Source: an uncultured Solirubrobacterales bacterium
GTDB taxonomy: Bacteria; Actinomycetota; Thermoleophilia; Solirubrobacterales; Solirubrobacteraceae
Direction of reading: 5' to 3'
DNA length: 64,000 bases
Assembly: GCA_963834885.1 (NCBI GenBank)
Contig: CAWIDF010000008.1
Span: forward strand, 217,371-281,370
Within the stretch, counting starts at the first letter, position 1; each line of letters begins with the position of its first letter. The notes under the pieces are model-generated. The model saw only the letters and a program-made list of their open reading frames with translations, did no database searches and was not told where the DNA came from. A program made the position numbers and the translations under genes. This document shows positions 18,731 through 27,310 of this stretch, in pieces.

Positions 18731-19624
18731 CTAGACGGCAATCGGTGCCTCCCGGCTGGTGCGGGCGGCCCCCACCGACGCGACCACGACCAGCCCCATG
18801 CCGAACAGCTCTCGTGGGGCCAGGCCCTGCCCGAGCACGATCAAGCCGGCCAACGCGGCCATCGCGGGCTCGATGCTCATCAACACCCCGAACACCGACG
18901 TCTTGATTCGCCTGAGCGCCTCGACCTCGAACGAGTACGGGATCGCCGACGACAGCATGCCCACGACACCACCGAGCAGCAGCGAGCGTGGCTCGAACAG
19001 ATGGGCCCCGCCCTGGGCGAGTCCGATCGGGGTCATGAGGACCACGGCCACGCACATCGCGAGCGCGAGGCCCGTGCCGCCTTCGAAGGCGCGGCCCACC
19101 CGCGCGTTGACCAGGATGTAGCAGCCCCACAAGCTGCCGGCGAGCAGCGCCAGCGCGACGCCGACCGGGTCGAGGTGGTGGACCCCGCCGCGCGTCAGGG
19201 CGAGGATGCCGGCCGCGGCCAGCGCCACCCAGACGAGGTCGCGCGGGCGCCGCGAGCCGGCCAGCGCCACCGCGAGCGGGCCGACGAACTCGAGCGTCAC
19301 GGCGATGCCCAGCGGGATCCGGTGCAGGGCCGAGTAGAAGCTGAAGTTCATGCTGGCCAGGATCAGCCCGAACAGGGCGGCGATCCCGAGCTGATAGCGC
19401 GTGTAGCCGGACATGCGCGGGCGCCAGAGCGCGAGCAGGATGATCGTCCCGAACATCAGGCGCAGCCACACCGCCCCGCCCGGCCCGATCTGGGCGAACA
19501 GCGTGGCGGCGACCGCCGAGCCGAATTGCACGGAGGCGATCGCGCTGACCACGAGCACGCCCGACGGCGTGCGCGCGAGCAGTCCCGGGCGGCGAGGGAT
19601 CGCCGCTGTGTCGCTGGTGGCCAC
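18731..19624 (-). CDS. EamA/DMT family transporter (RhtA threonine/homoserine exporter-like)
   Basis: SVQFGSAVA, RIPLGIAVTLEFVGPL, LSSAIPYSFEVEALRR, LMSIEPA. Confidence 0.9.
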   Translation of the reverse strand: MATSDTAAIPRRPGLLARTPSGVLVVSAIASVQFGSAVAATLFAQIGPGGAVWLRLMFGTIILLALWRPRMSGYTRYQLGIAALFGLILASMNFSFYSALHRIPLGIAVTLEFVGPLAVALAGSRRPRDLVWVALAAAGILALTRGGVHHLDPVGVALALLAGSLWGCYILVNARVGRAFEGGTGLALAMCVAVVLMTPIGLAQGGAHLFEPRSLLLGGVVGMLSSAIPYSFEVEALRRIKTSVFGVLMSIEPAMAALAGLIVLGQGLAPRELFGMGLVVVASVGAARTSREAPIAV

Positions 19625-19632
19625 CGGGTCCG

Positions 19633-21111
19633 ATGCTAACCGGGCCGGCGATCGTCCTGGACGGCGAGACGCTCACGCCGGCGAGCGTCGACGCGGCGGC
19701 GCGCCGGGGATCGCCGGTGGAGCTGGCGCCCGCGGCACGGGCGCGCAACGAAACGGCCCGGAAGACGATCGCTGCGCTGCTCGAGCGCGGGGAGGCCTTG
19801 TATGGCGCGACCACCGGCGTCGGCGCGCTGCGCGACCGGACGATCACCGACGAGGCCCGCGAGCGCTTCCAGTGGAACCTGCTGCGCAGCCACGCGGTCA
19901 GCGCCGGGCGCCCGCTCGCACCCGAGCTGGTCCGCGCCGGCATGGTCGTGCGCGCCAACCAGCTCGGGGCGGGCGGGGCGGGAGTGGCGGCCGGGCTGCT
20001 CGACGGACTGGTGGCCGCGCTCAACCACGGGGTCACACCGATCACGCGCGAGCTCGGCTCGCTCGGCACCGGCGATCTGCCCGCGCTGTCGGAGATCGCG
20101 TTGGCGCTGCTCGGCGAGGGCAAGGTGCTCCGGGGCGGCGAGCTCATCGACGCGCCGGCGCCGGCGCAACCGACGAGGCTCGGCCTGCGGGACGCGCTCG
20201 GGTTCATCAGCTCGAATGCGATGACCGCGGGGCACGCCGCGCTGCTCACGATCGATGCCCGGGCGCTCCACGACCGATGGCTCGCGGTCGCGGGCCTGTC
20301 GTTCGAGGCGCTCGACGCCGACCCGGTGGTCCTCGACGCGCGCGTCCAGGCCGGCCGCGGCGCGCGCGGCCAGGCGGTTGTGGCCGAGCGGATGCGCGAG
20401 CTGTTGGCCGGCGCCCCGTTCGACCCGCGTACGCCCGACCGCCTCGTCCAGGACCCGTACGCCTTCCGGGTGCTGCCGCAGGTCGACGGCGTCGCCAACG
20501 ACGCCCTGCGGGTGCTCGACGACGTCGTGACGCGCGAGCTGAACGCGCGCGCGGAGAACGCGCTGATCCATGACGGGAGGGCGTTCGCGACCGGCAACTT
20601 CCACGCCGCCGAGCTCGGCGCCGCCCTCGACGGACTGCGTGCGGCATTCGCGCATTCGGCGTCGCTGATCGCCGGCCGGGTGAGCGCGATCCTCGATCCG
20701 CGGATGAGCGGGCTGCCGCCGTTCCTGGCCGACGACCCCGGCCCGGACTCCGGCCACATGATGCTCGAGTACACCGCTCACGCCGCCGCCGCCGAGGCGC
20801 GCTCGGTCGCGGCGCCGATGGCGACTCAGAGCGTGTGGGCCTCGCTCGGGGTGGAGTCGCACGCGAGCCTGGCGGCGACGGCCGCTTCCCGGACGACGCA
20901 GCTCCTCGACGCGATGGGAGTGCTCGTCGCAACTGAGCTGGTCGTGTCCATGCGGGCGTTCCGGCTGCGCGGGCGAGGGCCGTCGGGGGCGGGCGTCCGG
21001 GCGCTGTTCGAGGCCGCCGCCCGGGTGCTGCCCGCGGACCCCGGGGACCGGGCCTTCGGCCAGGACGTCGAGGCCGCGCGCGAGCTGCTCGCCTCGCCAT
21101 CCGCGCGGTAG
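19633..21111 (+). CDS. Aromatic amino acid lyase family protein (HAL-like) lacking the Ala-Ser-Gly MIO triad
   Basis: YGATTGVG, LLRSHA, QDPYAFR, GNFHA present; MIO region reads GSLGTGDL instead of GS(V/I)GASGDL. Confidence 0.88.
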   Translation: MLTGPAIVLDGETLTPASVDAAARRGSPVELAPAARARNETARKTIAALLERGEALYGATTGVGALRDRTITDEARERFQWNLLRSHAVSAGRPLAPELVRAGMVVRANQLGAGGAGVAAGLLDGLVAALNHGVTPITRELGSLGTGDLPALSEIALALLGEGKVLRGGELIDAPAPAQPTRLGLRDALGFISSNAMTAGHAALLTIDARALHDRWLAVAGLSFEALDADPVVLDARVQAGRGARGQAVVAERMRELLAGAPFDPRTPDRLVQDPYAFRVLPQVDGVANDALRVLDDVVTRELNARAENALIHDGRAFATGNFHAAELGAALDGLRAAFAHSASLIAGRVSAILDPRMSGLPPFLADDPGPDSGHMMLEYTAHAAAAEARSVAAPMATQSVWASLGVESHASLAATAASRTTQLLDAMGVLVATELVVSMRAFRLRGRGPSGAGVRALFEAAARVLPADPGDRAFGQDVEAARELLASPSAR

Positions 21112-21148
21112 CCTGATCAGCACCAGAGCGACTTGGAAAGGACCCGAC

Positions 21149-22474
21149 ATGGGCGTGCAGGCAGAGGAGCAGCTGTGGGGCGGTGAGACCACCAAAGCGG
21201 TGGCCAACTTCCCGGTCTCGGGCGAACGAGTCCCGGTTCCCGTCGTCCGGTGGCTCGGGCGGATCAAGAGCGCGGCGGCGCACGTGAACGCCGAGCTCGG
21301 GCTGCTCGATCAGGACAAGGCGATGCGGATCGCGGCCGCCGGCGACCGGATCGCCGAGGGCGAGTTCGACGACCAGTTCCCGATCGACGTGTTCCAGACG
21401 GGCTCGGGGACCTCGTCGAACATGAACGCCAACGAGGTCATCGCGACGCTCGCGGGCGAGGACGTGCACCGCAACGATGACGTCAACATGGGCCAGTCCT
21501 CCAACGACGTGTTCCCGTCCGCGGTCCACCTCGCCGCGCTCGACACCGCCACCAACGAGCTGTTGCCGGCGCTCGAGCAGCTGGAGGCGTCCCTCCAGCG
21601 CAAGGCCGACGAGTTCACCGACATGGTCAAGTCCGGGCGCACGCACCTGATGGACGCGGTGCCGGTCACGCTTGGGCAGGAGTTCTCGGGCTACGCGGCT
21701 CAGGTCCGCCTCGGCGCGCGGCGAATCTCTAACGCGCTCCCGCAGGTGGCGCAGATCCCGCTCGGCGGCACCGCGACCGGGACCGGTCTCAACACCCACA
21801 AGGAGTTCGCGGAGCGCATCCGCGCGCGGCTCGTCGAGGTGAGCGGTCTGAAGATCCGCGCGCCCGAGGACCCGTTCGAGGCGCAGGGCAACCGGGACGC
21901 GCTGGTCGAGCTGTCGGGCGCGTTGAAGGTCCTCGCGGTCTCGTTGACCAAGATCGCCAACGACCTGGCCTGGATGGGGTCGGGTCCGCGGACGGCGATC
22001 GGCGAGATCCTGCTGCCCGAGCTCCAGAAGGGATCCTCGATCATGCCGGGCAAGGTCAACCCGGTGATCCCCGAGGTCGTGCTCCAGGTCGCCGCGCAGG
22101 TCATCGGCAACGACACCACGATCACGGTGGCGGGCTCGCAGGGCAACTTCGAGCTGAACGTCCGCGTCCCGGTGATCGCGCGCAACCTGCTCGACTCGAT
22201 CAAGTTGCTGGCGAACTCGTGCCGGATCTTCGCCGAGAAGTGCGTCGACGGCATCCAGGCCAACGAGGAGGGACTCCGCCGCTCGGCCGCGATGACGCTG
22301 TCGGCGGCCACGGCGCTGAACCCGCACATCGGGTACGACAAGGGCGCCGAGATCGTCAAGGTCGCCGCCGATTCCGGCCGTCCGCTGCGTGACGTGGCGC
22401 TCGAGCTGGGTGTCGACGAGGAGACCTACGACAAGGCGATGGACCTGCGCACGATGGCGCAGGGCAACCTGTAG
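21149..22474 (+). CDS. fumC: Class II fumarate hydratase
   Basis: FQTGSGTSSNMNANE, SSNDVFPS, KSGRTHLMDA, GSSIMPGKVNPV. Confidence 0.92.
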   Translation: MGVQAEEQLWGGETTKAVANFPVSGERVPVPVVRWLGRIKSAAAHVNAELGLLDQDKAMRIAAAGDRIAEGEFDDQFPIDVFQTGSGTSSNMNANEVIATLAGEDVHRNDDVNMGQSSNDVFPSAVHLAALDTATNELLPALEQLEASLQRKADEFTDMVKSGRTHLMDAVPVTLGQEFSGYAAQVRLGARRISNALPQVAQIPLGGTATGTGLNTHKEFAERIRARLVEVSGLKIRAPEDPFEAQGNRDALVELSGALKVLAVSLTKIANDLAWMGSGPRTAIGEILLPELQKGSSIMPGKVNPVIPEVVLQVAAQVIGNDTTITVAGSQGNFELNVRVPVIARNLLDSIKLLANSCRIFAEKCVDGIQANEEGLRRSAAMTLSAATALNPHIGYDKGAEIVKVAADSGRPLRDVALELGVDEETYDKAMDLRTMAQGNL

Positions 22475-22484
22475 CCGGCCGCCG

Positions 22485-23345
22485 TTACTCGCTGAGGAAC
22501 CGGTCGACGTCAGCGGCGAACTCGGCGGCGTGCTGAAACAGGAACCCATGCGCTGAGTCCGGGTAGATCTTCAGCTTCGATTGGGCGATCAGGCCGGCGA
22601 GCAGGTACGAGTAGCGCGGCAGGATCATCGGGTCGCTGTCGCCGTTCGCGATGAAGACCGGGCCCTCGATCGCCGTCACCCGCTGTAGGAGCGCGTGGTT
22701 GGGGATGCCCCAGGTGCAGACGGCGTCATATTGCGCCTGCCGGGTCTGCCAGGTCGTGTCCGCGTCCCGATCTGTGGTGCGGGCGCCGAAGATGCGCTGC
22801 GCGGATGCTTTCCCGGCCGCCTGGCTCGTCGCGGACGGCGCGTAGAAGACGGCGAGATAGCCCTCGGGCGAGCCCTGGCGCTGGCCGACGTGATCGATCA
22901 CGTCCTTCGCCCACCCGTGCATACCAGCAGCGCCCTGGGGCGCTGAGGACGCCAGCACGATGCGTCGCGGAAGGTCGGGCCGCGTGAGGGCGACCTCCTG
23001 CGCCACAAAACTCCCGATCGAGAAGCCGAGCAGGTCGACTTCGTCGAGTTCGAGGGCGTCGATGAACTCGATCGCGTCCTGTGCCATCTCGGCGATCGTG
23101 TGCGGCGTCCGGCCGGTCGTGCCGCCGACGCCGGTGTTGTCGAACGTGATCACCCGTCGTTTCTCGGCAAGCGCGTCGATCAGCGTCGGGTCCCAGTTCT
23201 CGAGGTTCCCGCGGAAGTGCTGGAAGAGGACGACGGGAACGTCGCTGCTACCGAGGTCGCGGTAGGCGTAACTGATCCCGTTGGCGGCATCGACCTGCAG
23301 GTTGTCGGCCACGAGATAGCCTCCGGCTGTCGCGCTCGTGCTCAT
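22485..23345 (-). CDS. Alpha/beta hydrolase
   Basis: QHFRG, FDNTGVG, GFSIG nucleophile elbow, NGDSD, SAHGF. Confidence 0.88.
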   Translation of the reverse strand: MSTSATAGGYLVADNLQVDAANGISYAYRDLGSSDVPVVLFQHFRGNLENWDPTLIDALAEKRRVITFDNTGVGGTTGRTPHTIAEMAQDAIEFIDALELDEVDLLGFSIGSFVAQEVALTRPDLPRRIVLASSAPQGAAGMHGWAKDVIDHVGQRQGSPEGYLAVFYAPSATSQAAGKASAQRIFGARTTDRDADTTWQTRQAQYDAVCTWGIPNHALLQRVTAIEGPVFIANGDSDPMILPRYSYLLAGLIAQSKLKIYPDSAHGFLFQHAAEFAADVDRFLSE

Positions 23346-23487
23346 GTGTTTCCTTTCGTGTTCGAGTTGCCGCGCGGTGTCGAGAGGAGTTTGACGCTCG
23401 CTGCGCGGTGCACGGCGAGAGATCTGGGCGGATCGTCCCGTGCCGCAGGGTCAGGCTGACCCGCGGCCGACGCGATTCCGCTCAAGT

Positions 23488-23509
23488 CGCGCAACCAGCC
23501 GGTTGCGCG
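23488..23509 (-). terminator. Hairpin downstream of ECF sigma gene
   Basis: CGCGCAACC-AGCC-GGTTGCGCG, 9-bp stem, no U tract. Confidence 0.4.
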
Positions 23510-23521
23510 CGCCGAGGCGAG

Positions 23522-24529
23522 CTATGCCGGCAGCACACGCGGCAGGCCGAAGCGCGCGAGCTGGCCGCTGCCCCCGAACCGGACGAGGTGCGAGATCCGG
23601 GGTCCTTCGAGCGTCAACACGATCACGCCGACCCCGCGGACGACCGGCGCGTGGACGTCGCCGATGTACTGCCCGAACGCCGGCTGGCCGTTGGCGCGCG
23701 TGGCCACGAGCCGGTCGCGCCGGTCGCCGCGCGCGGCGAACGCCTGGGTGAAGAACTCGGCGATCGGGGTGAGGCCCTGGTACTCGAACGGCTCGGGCGG
23801 CATCGTCACCCAGGCGTCGCGGGTCAGCAGCGCGACCAGCTGCTCGGTGCGGCCGTTCTCGAACGCGTCGGCGAACTGCCCGACCAGCTCGCGCTCGGCG
23901 GCCGAGCGCGGTAGCGGCGCGCGCTCGCGGCGCGGTGGCGCGGTCGCCTCGAGCGTGGCGCGGGCGCGTTGCAGGGCGCTGTTGACCGACACCTCGGTCG
24001 TGTCGAGCATGCCGGCGACTTCGGCCGCGCGGTAGCCGAGCACGTCGCGCAAGACGAGCACGGCGCGCTGGCGCGGCGGGAGACGCTGGAGCGCGGTGAC
24101 GAACGCGAGCGCGACCGTCTCGTGCGCCTCGTAGCGGGCCTCGGGGCCGGGCGCGGAATCGGGCACTCCCTCGATCAGCGCGTCCGGGTATGGCTCGAGC
24201 CAGGGGAGATCGCCGTGACGGGTGGGCGACGGTGGCTCAAACGACAGCGCTCGCACCTCCGGCGGGCGGCGGGCGCCGTCGCGCAGTGCGTTCAGGCACC
24301 GGTTGGTCGCGATCGTGTACAGCCACGCGCGCAGCGAGGAGCGCTCCTCGAAGCCGTCAAGCCCGCGCCAGGCCGACAACATCGTCTCCTGCAGTGCGTC
24401 CTCGGCGTCCTGCAGCGAACCGAGGATCCGGTAGCAGTGGAGCTGGAGCTCCCGCCGGTGGGAATCGGTCAGCGTGCGGAACGCGTGCTCGTCCCCAGCG
24501 CGGGCCCGGGCCAGCGTGGTCGTGGTCAT
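23522..24529 (-). CDS. ECF RNA polymerase sigma factor with C-terminal SnoaL-like extension (SigG-like)
   Basis: HCYRILGSLQDAEDALQET, WLYTIATNRCLN, LPPRQRAVLVLRDVLG, ANGQPAF C-terminal domain. Confidence 0.92.
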   Translation of the reverse strand: MTTTTLARARAGDEHAFRTLTDSHRRELQLHCYRILGSLQDAEDALQETMLSAWRGLDGFEERSSLRAWLYTIATNRCLNALRDGARRPPEVRALSFEPPSPTRHGDLPWLEPYPDALIEGVPDSAPGPEARYEAHETVALAFVTALQRLPPRQRAVLVLRDVLGYRAAEVAGMLDTTEVSVNSALQRARATLEATAPPRRERAPLPRSAAERELVGQFADAFENGRTEQLVALLTRDAWVTMPPEPFEYQGLTPIAEFFTQAFAARGDRRDRLVATRANGQPAFGQYIGDVHAPVVRGVGVIVLTLEGPRISHLVRFGGSGQLARFGLPRVLPA

Positions 24530-24650
24530 GGCCGGATCGTGTCATGGGTCATCACTCAAGAGGACACCGTCGCTCGGCGAAATTCATCGGTCAATTTGCG
24601 CGCACGGCCGGGTCCCAACTCGCGAGACAAACGACCGTGAGGAGGCAGGC

Positions 24651-26090
24651 ATGCGCAGAGGACCGACTTGGGTGCTGATCGTCGCGTCGATCGCGTCGCT
24701 GATGGTGGCGCTCGACGCGCTCGTGGTGACGACGGCGCTCCCGACGATCCGGGTGGATCTGGGCGCTTCGATCGAACAGCTCGAGTGGACCGTGAACGCC
24801 TACACGCTGAGCTTCGCGGTGCTGCTGATGACCGGGGCGGTGCTCGGGGACCGGTTCGGGCGCCGGAGGCTGTTCGTCGCCGGCCTCGCGATCTTCTCCG
24901 CCGCCTCGGCCGCGTGCGCGCTCGCGCCGAGCGTCGGCTGGCTGATCGCCGCCCGCGCGGTTCAGGGGTCCGGCGCGGCGCTGATCATGCCGCTGGGGAT
25001 GACCCTGCTGAGCGCGGCGTACCCGGCCGAGCGGCGCGCGGGGGCGCTCGGCATCTTCAGCGGGATCACCGGCCTGGCCGTGCTCGGCGGTCCGGTCATC
25101 GGAGGCGCAATCACGCAGGGAATCGCCTGGCAGTGGATCTTCTGGCTGAACGTCCCGATCGGTCTGCTGACCATTCCCGTCGCGCTGCGCCGAGTCGACG
25201 AGAGCTACGGGCCGCGCAGCGCGCCCGACGTTCCCGGCCTCGCGCTCATCACCGGCGCGGCGCTCGGGATCGTATGGGCGCTCGTGCGCGGCAACTCGGC
25301 CGGCTGGGGGAGCGTCGAGGTGATCGCGTCGCTGGCCGTGGGCGCGCTGCTCGCGCTCGGGTTCGTGCTGTGGGAGCGGCGCGCGACGGCGCCGATGCTG
25401 CCGCTGGCGCTGTTCGCGTCGCGCCCGTTCTCGTCGGGCAACGCGGCGATCTTCTTCCTGAGCACGGCTCTCTACGGCGCGGTGTTCTTCATGGCGCAGT
25501 TCCTCCAGACGGTTCAGCATCACGGCCCGCTCGACGCGGGTATCCGGTTGCTGCCGTGGACGGCGACGCTGTTCGTCGTCGCGCCGATCACGGGCGCGCG
25601 GATCTCCCGCGTCGGCGAGCGGCCGTTCGCGGTCGCCGGGCTGCTGCTCCAGGCCGCCGGGATGGGGTGGATCGCGCTGGTCGCCGGACCCGACGTCGCC
25701 TACTGGCGGCTCGTCGCGCCGCTCGCGATCGCCGGTTGCGGCGTCTCGATGGCGATGCCCGCGATCCAGAGTGCGGTCGTCGGCGCGGTGGCGCCGGCGA
25801 GCATCGGCAAGGCCTCGGGCACGTTCAACATGCTGCGCCAGCTCGGCGGGGTGTTCGGGATCGCGCTACTGGTGGCGGTGTTCACGGGCAGCGGCGGCTA
25901 CGGATCGCCGCAGCTGTTCAGCGACGGGTTCACGGCCGCGATCGGCGTCGCGGCGGGGCTGTCGGCGCTCGGCGCGCTGGCCGGCCTGGGTCTGCCGCAG
26001 CGTCGGCTGGCGACCGCACGGCCGGGCATGGATGCCCGGCCGCATGGTCCCAAGGACGCTGCCGCAGGCAGCCCCAGTTCAGCGGTTTAG
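24651..26090 (+). CDS. DHA2 (EmrB/QacA) MFS transporter
   Basis: GAGGAGG SD; LDALVVTTALP, WTVNAYTL, LGDRFGRRR, WQWIFWLNVPIG. Confidence 0.93.
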   Translation: MRRGPTWVLIVASIASLMVALDALVVTTALPTIRVDLGASIEQLEWTVNAYTLSFAVLLMTGAVLGDRFGRRRLFVAGLAIFSAASAACALAPSVGWLIAARAVQGSGAALIMPLGMTLLSAAYPAERRAGALGIFSGITGLAVLGGPVIGGAITQGIAWQWIFWLNVPIGLLTIPVALRRVDESYGPRSAPDVPGLALITGAALGIVWALVRGNSAGWGSVEVIASLAVGALLALGFVLWERRATAPMLPLALFASRPFSSGNAAIFFLSTALYGAVFFMAQFLQTVQHHGPLDAGIRLLPWTATLFVVAPITGARISRVGERPFAVAGLLLQAAGMGWIALVAGPDVAYWRLVAPLAIAGCGVSMAMPAIQSAVVGAVAPASIGKASGTFNMLRQLGGVFGIALLVAVFTGSGGYGSPQLFSDGFTAAIGVAAGLSALGALAGLGLPQRRLATARPGMDARPHGPKDAAAGSPSSAV

Positions 26091-26143
26091 CTCCCGGTCA
26101 CGTGGCTCCTCCGTGAGTTGTGGGAACTGCGCGGCGGCGGAAC

Positions 26144-27229
26144 CTATGTGAGGATCCTTAGACGCGCCACGACGGCGTCGGCAGGCCGGTCCGGGGCGCG
26201 CTGAGCGAACCGGGCGGGCTGCTGGCCCTGGCGCCGCGGGCGCCACACCCGGAGGTACTGCGCGAGCAGGTAGGAGCCGATGACGATCGCCAGCGCGAGG
26301 AACTGCGCGGCGAACGTCTCCCAGTTGTTGAACAGGCTGAACCACGTGCCCATCCAGCCGGGGATCGAGAGCCAGTGGATCTCCGTCGTGCCGATCCAGC
26401 CCGCGAGCTGCATCTCGTTGACCTCCTCGCCGACCTGCACGAGGAGCACGAACAGGAGCAGCACGCCGGTGATGATCAGCAGTCGCCGGTAGGGCAGGCG
26501 CTGGTGCAGCCCGAAGGTGAGGACGCCCACCGCGGCGGTGAACAGCAGCCCGATGACCACTCCCTCGAGCACGACGCCGGCGCCGTAGATCTCGCGCAGG
26601 CTCTGGAGGAAGATCACGATCTCGAACGCTTCGCGGTAGACGGAGGTGAAGCCGAGCAGCGCCAGCCCGAGCAGCATCCGTCGCTGGGTCGTCTCGGCGT
26701 CGCCGCCCAGCAGGCCGCGCCGGCGGCGATGGTGGTGCGCGATCCACCCGGTCCAGTAGACCTTGTGGAAGAACCAGTTCATCACGATTAGCAGCACGAT
26801 CAGGGCCGGGATGCCGGTGGCGGCCTGAATCGACAGCTCCGAGCCGTGGAAGCGCCCGATCAACCACACGACGCCGAACCAGGTGAGGACGCCGGCGCCC
26901 AAAGCCAGCGCGCTTCCGCCGACCACGGGACGGCGGTACACGCGATTGGCGCCGAGGAAGCTCGCGGTGATCGCCGCCAGCACCAAAATCGTCTCGAGGC
27001 CCTCGCGGAACACGAGGATCGCGCTGTCGATCACCACCGTGGTGCTCGCGAGGCGGTGTCCACCCTGCACGTCGGTCGGGTCGGGCGTGCCGCCCTTGGC
27101 GTGCCAGCCGAGCACCACCAGCACGACGGCCGCCGCGAGGACCACAGCGGTCCAGACGTAGAAGCTGGCTCGCTCCCCCGCGCGTCGCGGGCTCTTGGGG
27201 GCGGTTACGGTTGTCGGGTTGGCGCTCAT
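26144..27229 (-). CDS. FTR1-family iron permease (EfeU-like)
   Basis: Two RExxE motifs: FREGLET and YREAFEI; multiple TM segments. Confidence 0.88.
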   Translation of the reverse strand: MSANPTTVTAPKSPRRAGERASFYVWTAVVLAAAVVLVVLGWHAKGGTPDPTDVQGGHRLASTTVVIDSAILVFREGLETILVLAAITASFLGANRVYRRPVVGGSALALGAGVLTWFGVVWLIGRFHGSELSIQAATGIPALIVLLIVMNWFFHKVYWTGWIAHHHRRRRGLLGGDAETTQRRMLLGLALLGFTSVYREAFEIVIFLQSLREIYGAGVVLEGVVIGLLFTAAVGVLTFGLHQRLPYRRLLIITGVLLLFVLLVQVGEEVNEMQLAGWIGTTEIHWLSIPGWMGTWFSLFNNWETFAAQFLALAIVIGSYLLAQYLRVWRPRRQGQQPARFAQRAPDRPADAVVARLRILT

Positions 27230-27266
27230 CAGGTTAGGACAACCTTATTAGGCGACCCTAACACAG
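27229..27266. promoter_or_regulatory. Two tandem 19-bp IdeR/DtxR-like iron boxes overlapping the FTR1 start
   Basis: TCAGGTTAGGACAACCTTA (27229-27247, 16/19 to TWAGGTWAGSCTWACCTWA) abutting weaker TTAGGCGACCCTAACACAG (27248-27266). Confidence 0.75.
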
Positions 27267-27310
27267 ACTGGGCTGACGCGGCGCCACCCGCGTTGCAGCC
27301 GGGTCGCCAG

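Noticed and set aside
19633-21111. Pseudogene interpretation of the hutH-like gene
   Set aside because: Full-length open frame with other catalytic motifs intact and an in-frame loop change; no stops or frameshifts
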